DNA of 64,000 nt from Macrostomum lignano (taxonomy: Eukaryota), in assembly GCA_002269645.1 (NCBI GenBank), contig NIVC01001247.1:220928-284927 (forward strand). The letters run 5' to 3'. The notes under the pieces are model-generated. The model made no database searches, was not told where the DNA came from, and worked only from the letters and a program-made list of their open reading frames with translations. Made by a program: the position numbers and the translations under genes. This document shows, in pieces, positions 32,367 through 49,618 of the stretch (positions are counted from its first letter, which is position 1; each line of letters opens with the position of its first letter).

Positions 32367-33916
32367 TCGTGTACCACCCGTACCCGCTGCCGCACATTCA
32401 GGAGACCTTCGCGAAGCTGCGTGGTGCCCAGTGGTACTCTAGCTTGGATCTCGCTCAAGGATTCTGGCAGATCCCGCTGCGCGACTGCGATCAGCACCTG
32501 ACGGCGTTCTCTGTGATTGACCGCGGACAATTCTGTTTCAATGTTCTACCGATGGGTCTCCACGATAGTCCAGGCAGCTTTCAGCGTTGCATCAATAAGC
32601 TCCTGGATGGCCTGACGCCAAAGACTGCGCTTGGCTACATGGATGACATCGTGGTGCACTCCGTGACCTTCGAGGAGCAGCTGGACAACCTGCGGACTGT
32701 ACTCCAGCGGATTATCGCAGCCAACCTCAAGGTCAAGCCGAAGAAGTGCCATTTGTTCCTCAAGGAGCTGCATTATCTAGGCCACGTCGTGACTCCCGAC
32801 GGCCTGAAGACCTGTGAGGACAAGATTGCGCAGATCCGTGATTGGCCCGTGCCACAGTCCGTTACTCAACTGAGACAATTCCTAGGCCTCGCCAATTACT
32901 ACCACAAGTTTGTCAACGGCTACGCTGGATTTGCTGCGCCGCTGCATGCCCTGACTCGAAAGGACATCGGCAGCCTGCGGCAGCATTGGACTGATGAGCA
33001 CCAGGTAGCGTTCGACACGTTGAAGAAGAAGTTGTGTTCGACTGAAGTTCTCGCTCTGCCTGAGTTTAACTCAGATCCTGATGTGAAGTTTGTCCTAGAC
33101 ACTGATGCCTCAGACATTCGCATAGGCGCTTGTCTTGGACAACGGCAATCCGACGGCGTCGAGCGCCCAATTGCATTCTTTAGCCGGAAGCTTCGTGATC
33201 CTGAGAAGCGCTACACGGTCACGAAGAAAGAGCTGCTTGCAATCGTGGACGCGATGCGACATTTCCGTCATTATTTAATCGGCAAGAAGTTTGAAGTTCG
33301 TTCTGACCATCGGGCCTTGCTGTGGCTGCTGAACCAGACGCAGGTCACAGGCATCTTGGGCCGTTGGATTGAGCGATTAAGCGAGTTCCGCTTCCAGCTT
33401 CACCATCGCAAAGGCAAGGACCACGCCAACGCTGACGCCCTGTCAAGACGCCCGGAGACACCACCGGTTGACTTCGAACATGGCCGACTGCTGGAGCACC
33501 CCGGTTCTGCAGCCCGACCCGGTGATGACACCAGCCTGGAGCCGGAATTGGACACCACACGTGAGGCCACTGCGAGAGCAGCCCGCACGAAGAAGGTCCA
33601 CACTCGCAACAAGGAGGCCGAAACTGCCCTGGCCGAAGACCTGGAGGCCACTGCGCCAGCAGCCCTTCAGCACGACGACCATCGCTGCAGTCAACGCCTG
33701 GAGACCGGTTTGGACACCAACCCGGAGGCCACTGACCCCTCAGCCCTCCGCAGCGACGCCCACGCCGACTGCCGTTACTTGGAGATTCGCCCGGACAAAA
33801 CCTCGGAGGCCACTGCTGACGTAGACCTCCTTGATGATGTCCAAGACTGCGGGTCTCGGAATCTGGAGACGCCCATGGACCACGACTCAGAGGCCACTGA
33901 ACAAGCAGCCCTCTGA
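32367..33916 (+). pseudogene. pol: Pol part 2: RT core and RNase H, followed by a repetitive linker
   Basis: YPLP, LDLAQGFWQI, YMDD, LDTDAS, KELLAIV, SDHRAL and ANADALSR motifs. Confidence 0.92.
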
Positions 33917-33998
33917 TGACAGCCCACAACGCGAATCCAGACCAGCAATGTAAGTTCAACTCCCCGGAGTTTTGCGCTGAGAGTTCTCGCCGTGTTGA

Positions 33999-35564
33999 CA
34001 GAGGCCAGACTCTCGCGACGGCTGCAAGGTCAACGCTCTGTCCCCCGAGCCGACAGACAGCTGCTCATCGCCTGTGCGGAAAGTCGAGTCCCCCTTTGCG
34101 ACACCGCCCAGTGCTGGAGAAGACTCACCCAATGACGACGATGATCGAGCCGACGGCTACGGCTGCTGTGACGAGGCGTGCTTCACGTGTTGCGTCTCGC
34201 CCTACAGCCAAGAGTCGCCTGGGCTGTGCAGTGGAGGCAAGTGCACTGCTCCAGCTGCGGAAATTCCTGTCAAGAGAGCGACGATGAGAACTTCGAAACG
34301 AGATCAGCGATCGTACGCCGACGTTGTGAAACAAAGTCCCTCGGAGCGACCTAATCCTGACGCCGACAAGACGGAGTCGTGTGATCAACTGCGAGCCACA
34401 GAAGCGGAGACTGCGGGAGTCATGAACCCTCAGCCATGCCGCGCCGTGCTCACCGATTTTATGAGGTTGCCGATGACGCGGCAACAGTTTGTCGACGCGC
34501 AGCGCGCCGACCGAGCAATCAGCTATGTGCTCAACTTGGTCGAGAACAAAGCCCCGAAGCCTGAGTTCGACGCCCGGTTGCGACTGACGAAGGAGCAGCG
34601 GAATCTGCTCGGATATTATGATAATCTGCTAGAGGACAACGGCCTGCTGATGATCGACCTGACCGACGGCCAGCAGTCCCCGAAGGTTGTCCTGCCTGAG
34701 TCTCTTGATGCCCAGGTGCTCCAGGAGCTCCACAGTTCGCCACTGTGTGGACACCTCGGCCAGACGAAGACGTTGAAGCGGCTACGTGAACGATTCTGGA
34801 GGCCCGGATTAGCCCGTGTCACCGAGAGCTTTATCAGTAAGTGCCGCGCCTGTCTTGAAAGTAAATCCCGAAGACGAGACCGAGTACCTGTACAAAGCTT
34901 CCCTGTGTGCGAAGTTCTGGGAAGAGTAGTAGGCCCAATTGCCCAGAAGAGCAAGAGCGGGAACCGCTACATCTTGACGCTATGCGACGCGACGTCGAAG
35001 TACCCGTTCGCCTATCCGATGAGGAACCAGAAAGCCAAGACGGTCATCAAGATCCTGCAGGAGCGCTTGATCCCTGACTTTGGTGTACCATGCTGGATAC
35101 ACACTGATCAAGGAACCAATTTCACTGGCTCAGCTTTCAAGGAGTTCTGTGACCTGTTTGGCATCCGGCATACGACGACAACACCGTACAACCCAGCTTC
35201 TAATGGGCAAGTCGAGAACCTCAACAAGCAGCTGAAGAGTGTCCTCACCTGCCTCCTCGAGCGCAACCATAACGACTGGGACACCTTCCTCCCAGCCTGC
35301 TTGATGGCGCTCCGCTCTAGTGTACACCCGGTGACAGGTTTCACGCCTCACTACCTGGTGTTTGGTCGAGACTTTCGACTACCAATCGACAACGCGATCA
35401 AGAAGCTGCCGGAGTATGCCAATCTGCCTGACTATGTCAAGGACTTCCAGCGCCGTTTGGACGAAGCGACTGAGCTAGCTAAAGAACGCCTGCATTCTGC
35501 ATCAGCAACTGCGCGACGAGCACTATTCGAACCTGCCCGCTGCCAAGAAGCTCCAACCTGGTGA
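33999..35564 (+). pseudogene. pol: Pol part 3: Cys/acidic linker and integrase (HHCC finger and core, first catalytic Asp missing)
   Basis: H-x6-H...C-x2-C finger; IHTDQGTNF; SNGQVEN; HPVTGFTP. The GRV-[xxDx]-VGP segment is shortened. Confidence 0.9.
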
Positions 35565-37365
35565 CCTGGTTTTCCTCAACAACCCGGTGCTCGAACCGGA
35601 TGAAGCGGCGAAGTTCCATCGACCTCGCAAAGCGCTGTACGAGGTAGTCGAACCCAAGGGCGAGGTCGTCTACAAGATTCGCCGTAGAGTGCCAAACCCG
35701 CGGGCCAGGCGCGACGAGCTAGTAGTCCATCGCCGGAATCTGCTACTCGTCCCTGATGCCGACTACCAGCTGACTTCGGATCCAGAAGTCGACCAGGCCA
35801 AGAAGCGCTGCAGGTTGACTGATGCCCCGGACGGTGCAGGACCCGCGACCCTGACACCGATCCCGGAGGACGATCCTGATGATGATGATGATGACGATGA
35901 CGCATGGCCGGCCTTCCGGTGGCGCTTCCGGCCGGTGGCGATCCCGGATGTGCAGCCAGGAGGTGGACCGGTCACGACACCAGCGAACCAGGCAAGTGCA
36001 TTTCGGCGTGAGCCACTGCCGTATGGTGATCGCCATGATGGTGTGCCTGGTTTGAATGCGTCTGCACCTGTTGCTTCTTTTTCACCTGTCCATGCGTCCC
36101 CCCTTCCCGAACCTTTTTCTGCGGTGCAGTCTCCTGCGCCACCTTCTTGCACCACTCGGGTGGAAGCGTCTCCCATACCAGTAGTGGTAGGTAGGCCAAT
36201 TAGGGATCGGAGGCCGCCGGAGAGGCTTCTGATTAGCGATCCTAGGGCCAAAACGTACGTCAGTCGCACCGCCCGCATGCGTGTGCACAAATTAAAACAT
36301 TTCAGCGCAGCAATGCACAAGCGCCCTTATCAGGCGAATTCAAGCGCGTCCTCTGAGGATGAGCAGGGTCGGCCTAGCCGGAGCCGCCACAGGCAGGGAA
36401 CCCCGTCCTCCCCGGAGGTCATGGGTATACCGCGCCGACCTTTAGCGGCGCGGCAATTGCTGCAGCCCGATGGTCAGGAACACCCGGTGCGCCCACCCCG
36501 GCGTGGAAGGGAGCGAGAGAGTCGCAACGACTCCCCATCACCCGAGAGTCGACGGAGCCGACCTAGCCACCTAGCCCGAGGAACGGTCCGCGTGGAACTC
36601 CCCGAGGTCATTGACCTCACGGGTGACTCGCCGCCGGGCGATGCCCCGGTTCGCCGGCTCACGGCTCAGCGGCTGGCAGCTGCCCTTGCCTATGCTCAAC
36701 TAGAACAGGAGGTGAGCCGCGGGTTACGCGCGGTCCGCCGCCAGATACGAGCCGCCTTTCCAGATCCCGACCCGGAGCCCGGCCACCTGGAGGCGCACCG
36801 AAATGATCTTAGCGAGGCCGTCGCCGGAGGCCCAAGGGACCCCCCGCAGCCAGGGTCCCCCATGTCCTTGGTCGAAGGCGCCCCGTCGCCGAGAGCCGGC
36901 CAAGAGGCATCGGCTGAGCCGGCCGGTCTGTGGGACGGCCTGACGGCCGCACTGAGCCGCGAGTTACCACGTGCGCCACCGTCAACGCCAGAGAATCCGC
37001 CAACGATGGCGAATGCCAGCACGCAAACGGCCGACCCGGAGCCAGCTTCGCCCGCCGACGAAGCGCGGGCGGCTCTGTTGATGGCCGGTGCTGGCCTGGC
37101 GCGCAACCTCCTGGTCGCCGCGGCTCGACACGGCCACTGGCCGCGGGTGTTCGCGGGTCCGATATGGAGCAGCCTGCGCTGGACGACGAGGGAGAAGCGC
37201 TCGGCCCTGTTCGAAGAGGCTGTTCGTCTGGGCGGGCCGGACTTGCAGCCACCGAATCGCCCATACGCTGTACACCTGGCGGCGATCGAGATCGCCCGGC
37301 ATCTCGGCGGCAGTGATGCTGACCTGCCGGCGGCCCTGGCCCGGCCGTCGATGCAGTATTTCTGA
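35500..37365 (+). CDS. Integrase C-terminal (GPY/F-like) domain continuing in frame into an accessory ORF (ATG 36313, 350 aa)
   Basis: QPGDLVFL...FHRP..YEVV..VHRRNL and RDRRPPERL mark the IN end. They are followed by a Pro/Arg-rich region, VIDLT and a helical C-terminal segment. No signal peptide or TM segment is apparent. Confidence 0.65.
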   Translation, partial: HQQLRDEHYSNLPAAKKLQPGDLVFLNNPVLEPDEAAKFHRPRKALYEVVEPKGEVVYKIRRRVPNPRARRDELVVHRRNLLLVPDADYQLTSDPEVDQAKKRCRLTDAPDGAGPATLTPIPEDDPDDDDDDDDAWPAFRWRFRPVAIPDVQPGGGPVTTPANQASAFRREPLPYGDRHDGVPGLNASAPVASFSPVHASPLPEPFSAVQSPAPPSCTTRVEASPIPVVVGRPIRDRRPPERLLISDPRAKTYVSRTARMRVHKLKHFSAAMHKRPYQANSSASSEDEQGRPSRSRHRQGTPSSPEVMGIPRRPLAARQLLQPDGQEHPVRPPRRGRERESRNDSPSPESRRSRPSHLARGTVRVELPEVIDLTGDSPPGDAPVRRLTAQRLAAALAYAQLEQEVSRGLRAVRRQIRAAFPDPDPEPGHLEAHRNDLSEAVAGGPRDPPQPGSPMSLVEGAPSPRAGQEASAEPAGLWDGLTAALSRELPRAPPSTPENPPTMANASTQTADPEPASPADEARAALLMAGAGLARNLLVAAARHGHWPRVFAGPIWSSLRWTTREKRSALFEEAVRLGGPDLQPPNRPYAVHLAAIEIARHLGGSDADLPAALARPSMQYF

Positions 37366-37718
37366 AACAATGGTGACGAAGAAGCTGCAATTTAACTATG
37401 GTATTCCGGATGAGGTGCTCTCGCCAACCCGCAACTCTCTCCCAGTTAGGGATGGAGATGCCTCCACGCGTGCTTAGGCGCCCCCCCCTGTTTTCTTTTC
37501 TCTGGTGGGCTGGCGCCCCCACTTCGTATTTAGGCGCCTTGCTAATAGCAGGCCGGCGCCCCTGCGGTAGCGGGCAACAACCTTTTTGGCCTGCCCAGCC
37601 AAGCAGTTAAAGACAGAAATTTTGCCGTTCATGTTTAAGTTGTTTCTCTTTGGTCAGTAAATGCATGTTCATCTTGTTTTAAATAAAGCGCGCGCCGCTT
37701 CACTCCGCCTCTTTATTT

Positions 37719-37730
37719 GAACGGGGAGAG
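37719..37730 (+). other. Polypurine tract GAACGGGGAGAG
   Basis: Abuts the TG of the 3' LTR. Confidence 0.9.
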
Positions 37731-38893
37731 TGTAGTGAGTCGCTAGTTTAGTTAGGCGCCGCACTAGTCAGCTGTTGCCCTCGCCTTCTCCCCAGGTTTC
37801 TGTCTGCCGCTGGGCAGTTGCCTGTCCCTCCCGCCTGTCTCCTGGCCTGTCCTCTGCCCGTTTGTCTGTCTGTCTGTTTGTCCTCGTTTGCCCCCTTTTG
37901 TCTCGTTTTCCCTTTTTGCAGTGCCCAGACAGCTTGGTCTGGCCTGCCTCTGTTTCGTTCTCTGTCAGGCATCTCCAAATTTGGAGTGCCTTTCTGTTTT
38001 CCGGTCCCACGGTCACGAGTGCCTTCACTTGTGGGCCGTTTCCCCTTGTCATGTGAGCCAGTCACATGACAAGGCCCTCTTCCTTCTTTAGTCCAAAGTA
38101 CAATGATTTCATCATTGTACGCTGGGCTCGTGTTTATGGGGAGATCACGTGCGCCCGGACCCCCCCCCTTTGCCTCCTCTGAGGCAGGGCCCGCTTGTTT
38201 GTTGCTAAAAATAGCAACAGAGTCACTCATGACTCTCAGCGGGGCCTTTCGTAATGTGTGCAATCGATCCTCCCTATAAATGCGGCCCCTCTCATGGCTT
38301 GGCTCAGACAAGCGTGCCAACCCTTCCTTCCTTTCCTTCCGTTAACCGTTCCTTCCGTTTCAAGCGCCTTCCGTTTTCCGCGTTCCGTTTCTAGCGAACT
38401 CTAAGTTTGTGTGCCAAGTGTGCGCTTCAAGTGAACTCCAAACTCCCGACTTTGCGCGTGACTGCCTCTGATTGTTCCTGCTATCAATTAGCAGGCCAGC
38501 TCGGATCGCCCGAAGCTAGCACTTTCGCTCTCACCCCGCACCAGCCCGGCAGGGACTGCTGACGGTGGGCACCTCTGCGCGAGAACTGCTAAATCTGCAC
38601 GAAGTGCGAGTCTCTTTCTCTCGTCTTATTTATTTGCTTCTACGAGCTCAGCACCTCACCGAAGGCTGCGACTCTGCGAAGCTGGTGGCAGCACTACCAA
38701 CGCTACTAGATCAACCCGGAGACTTCCCAGGAGAGCTCAAGGTAGGCAGCTCAAGCAACTGTACTTCTAGACGCTATCGAGGAAAGTACAAGCAACCACT
38801 TCACTGGTGGCAGCGGTGGGATTCCAAGACCTACGCCCGGCTAGGCCACCCGAGACAAAATAAGAAACCACCAACAACGCGAACTGTACTTCA
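37731..38893 (+). repeat. 3' LTR (1163 bp), with the internal PBS copy at 38805-38824
   Basis: Near-identical to the 5' LTR; ends ACTTCA followed by the GGAA TSD. Confidence 0.96.
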
Positions 38894-39230
38894 GGAACAA
38901 TACTAAATACAGATTGCACTATTCCCACCATAGACAAAATGAAACAATACTAAACAGATTGCACTATCCCCACCATAGACAAAAGGGAACAATACTAAAT
39001 ACAGATTGCACTATCTTCACCATAGACAAAAGGGAACAATACTAAATACAGATTGCACTATCTCCACCATAGACAAAATGGAACAACACTAAATACAGAT
39101 TGCACTAATCCCCACCATAGACAAAAGGGAACAATACTAAATACAGATTGCACTATCCCCACCATAGACAAAATGGAACAACACTAAATACAGATTGCAC
39201 TATCCCCACCATAGACAAATTAAGGGAGCA
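38894..39230. repeat. Approximately 47-bp minisatellite (CATAGACAAAAGGGAACAATACTAAATACAGATTGCACTATCCCCAC); its left part lies at 28708-28776, split off by the Gypsy insertion
   Basis: The unit continues in register across the TSD. Confidence 0.93.
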
Positions 39231-42220
39231 ACACACATGCAGTGGACGGCACGCGGCTTCAGCTTACGCAATTGCTGCCGAAAAAATCTTTATGCATTGT
39301 TAGATTACTTTTTAAGATTGCCTTGACTTAATTAACAGAATTTCTACGCGAGAAAACATATAATCGTTAAAAAATATTGTTTTCTTTCCTTAGATTGCAA
39401 GAATAATTTTTGCGGAGATATTCTCAATTTTTATTCACACCACCGAATAACTGATTGCTTATTGGCTAGAGTCATTTCATGCACAAGAAAAACATCCCGA
39501 CTACGATGTAGGATTCGCGTCCAGTTTTGAGTACCTAAATGTCTACCCCTCATTAAATATTGAATTGCAGAGTGGCTCAGGGGTAACACTCGTCTGTGTC
39601 TAGCGCTGCAGTGTAACAGGGTATGTTCTCAATCTTATACTCGTAGTTGGTCAGGATCGCTGTGCACCCAGTGTGAGCGTGTGCATGAGTGCGTCCATGC
39701 GCACAGTATTGGCGCTCATGTGCTCATGCAGGAGTCAGCCAAATGGGCATGACTAATTTTTGAATCTTAAGACTCGAAGCAATAAACATTCAACATATGT
39801 TAGCAACTGCACAAGATAGAAACTTGTACTTTAACCCATCGCGACGGACTGGCTTTTTAGATTTGCTCTCTTTTTGCCAGTCTTAAAAAAATGATGTTTC
39901 CATATTGGCCGACCACATGCCCGGCAGGAACACGCAGACTTTTCGTGCTTAATTCCCCAGTGACTCTGCCACAAGAAGCTTATGTTAGCCAATTTCCTGA
40001 GTGAACTGAGTCAAACCTTCTTCCGTTGTGTCTTAGAGGGCAAAAGACAATCGTGCTGCACAGGAATGCAGATTTCTGCTTCTTGAGAGTTAAGTACTAC
40101 AGAGAGCGCAGCTGTGGGCACAAAAGGCGAGGCCTGGATGCAAGTAAACAACCGCTACAGTTCCCATGCAGGCCGCACACACAGAGAGGCAGAAATTGGA
40201 TGGACTAGCTGGGAGCTTTGTTACGATTTGATCCGAGGTCGCCAGACAGAAAGCGTCGTGTGATACTACAGCAAACTTCTCTCCATCAATACACGCTGTT
40301 AGTTAATCCAAAGACATCGCTAAACCCGATTTTGTCTCGCAAAAACATCGAATAGACCAAAAACTTACATATTGCATATGCACACTTTGCGTGAAAGGAC
40401 TGTACAATATCAATGTCAATACGAGCCAGTTACTCGCATCAGTCAAGCTGACAATTTATCTTCTACAGTTGCGAACGCTTGGACTCAAACTTGAAGTTGG
40501 TAAGCTGCAAAAGTTTTGTAAGGGAGCTGAAACTATCACGTATGGGCCAAGTTTGAAGCACAAAGTGCGTGCATGTGCTCAGAAGTCAGCTGAATGGGCA
40601 GAACTACCGTCAGAGCTGATTGTGACGCCAATTTCGTTGCGCAATGGTGCCCCAAAACCTTCCCAAAAATTTATTGATTGCATATTGATATATTACAGAC
40701 GGTTAAAGACTGCCTAATAGGCTCTGCATAATTTATTAATAATTCGTTTCTCCCCTCTCTTTGTGCTGATCTGACTCAGTTGAATAACTTTTATTTTGAG
40801 CTAGTAGGAGCTTACTAATACTGTAAATATTGCAATCGTAAATCGTAATTCACAGAAGCAATGAAACGAAAGACTAACTGCAATCACATTCCCATTATCT
40901 ATACTCACTTAGGAATAAAATATTAATCTTTTTGAATTAGCAACTTCAAAGAGGTGAATCAAGTCGTTGGAGTAGTTTTCTTTTTTGACTGCAGGACTTG
41001 CTTGGCAGGGGTTAGTCTGAGACATTTAAAAACGTCATTAGGAAAAGACGACTTAGGATTTTTCTTAGGGACACGGCGAGCCTGCAGAATGAAAGGTAAA
41101 GTCAAGCTCAGAAATACTGCTGAATGAAAGGATTGCGCGTAGGATTTCCCAGAAAGAAGACTTCATACGATTTAATTCATTTTTGGACGCAACTTTGGTT
41201 TGATTGATTTAACACGGTTAAATCTGAATGAAATTCGAAGATAAAAACTTAAATTAACGCTTATCAAGCCGTTTTAACAAATTATTTATTTCAATTTTCT
41301 ATTGCATTCTGGCATTTACGTTATTTAGAAAAACGTTACATTAAAAACACGAAGGTTGTCGCAGGCTGTTTTAAGGCGTTTTAATTGAGGGGTGACAGAA
41401 CCCGCAATATTGAAATTTTGCAAACTAGATCAAGATAGCTTGGAGCCAGAGTTAGTCATTTTTTGTTTCACTCCTAGCAGTACGAGCCATTTCCTTTTGG
41501 ATCCATATTTAATCTTATTCAAGACAATTTAAACAAATTGACATGTCTAGCTAAGCTGAGACAACATACTTATCAGTGATAGAATGTTTAAAAAATATAA
41601 TATACAGACTAATAAGCATAATTAATTTTGCGTAGTTTTCGAAGCATTCAGCAATCGTGAACACAGAAAAATTCAGGTATTTATAACTACAATTGTGAAC
41701 GTTTTACACAGGGACAAATTATGATTAAAAAAGCAGGCTACAATATATGACATGCTTTTTGCTGCATTTAAAGCGACAATTTTCTCATCTTGCTACCGCT
41801 CTGCAGGAAGCTAAAAAAATGTCTTGCAAAGCACAAAAAAATCGCGGCGCGACTGCTAGCTATCAGGCTTTTTGGTCTAGCAACCGGCAAAAACCAGATG
41901 ATCTATTCGGGGAGTTTTGTCCGAAAAAAGACTAACAGCTTGCTCTTTTTACACGATTTGGCTTCGCAACAAGACAACAGGTTTGCATCTCAAGAGAGAC
42001 AGTTTGCTTTTTTGGTCGGGGGGTCTCGGCAGCTCTATAATCTATTGTCTATCTTACACCAAGTCTGCTCTAAGCCCTGCTCTAGAACGCTTCCTTCCCC
42101 TCCTCGTCGCTGTCACGCTAACGTCTTTGTCTTTCAATATCTACAGGTGAAATTGCGGAATAATCTTTGCAATGATCTGTCGAATTTTAATCGACTGGCC
42201 GCTTCGAATTGTCTGCCGAA

Positions 42221-42436
42221 CCTAGCCCTTACTCTAGCCCTAGCCCTAGCCCTAGCCCTAACCCTAGCCCTAGCCCTAACCCTAGCCCTAGCCCTAACCC
42301 TAGCCCTAACCCTAGCCCTAGCCCTAGCCCTAGCCCTAACCCTAGCCCTAGCTCTAACCCTAGCCCTAGCCCTAACCCTAGCTCTAACCCAATATAAGCC
42401 CTAAGTCTAACCCTCAATCAAACCTAGCTTAACCTA
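42221..42436 (-). repeat. Interstitial telomere-like array (CTAGGG/TTAGGG)n
   Basis: Mixed CCCTAG/CCCTAA hexamers on the + strand, degenerating to the right. Confidence 0.9.
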
Positions 42437-42806
42437 AATCGTGAATTTCTGACAGTCCATTGTCGTGCTCTGATCGAATTCAGTGAATCCGGTGATGGGA
42501 CTTTAGATTGAGTTTTATTGCTTTATTACAACGTTATTGACTAAATTAACAAAAATCTGGCGCAACGCAATCAGCTAGGGCGGAGTTAGGGTTTAGGAAG
42601 CTGAAATTTTTATTTGGAAATTGTCCAATGCGAATTAAATATTACTTCAGATATACCTATCATGATGAAAATATTTTACGGCAATGGCAACGTCAGTTCA
42701 ATGCGTTTTAAAACGGGGCATAGGCTACAAATCATTTTAACATAAAAACAATAATGGAACAGTATGATTCACGCAGACAAACACTATCTTAACCCATTTG
42801 TAGTTA

Positions 42807-49618
<6,812 letters not shown>

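Larger units (their letters stand above)
28777..38893 (+). mobile_element. Full-length Ty3/Gypsy LTR retrotransposon (10,117 bp), pol disrupted
   Basis: Two TGTAGT...ACTTCA LTRs; GGAA TSD (28773-28776 and 38894-38897); PBS; PPT; gag-PR-RT-RH-IN domain order. Confidence 0.97.

Noticed and set aside
35587-37365. env gene as the identity of the post-integrase ORF
   Set aside because: No signal peptide, furin site with fusion peptide, or transmembrane anchor is visible.
41790-42404. 204-aa ORF ending in (LALT)n, resembling a transmembrane protein
   Set aside because: The hydrophobic tail is the telomere-like repeat, and the N-terminal part has no recognisable motif.
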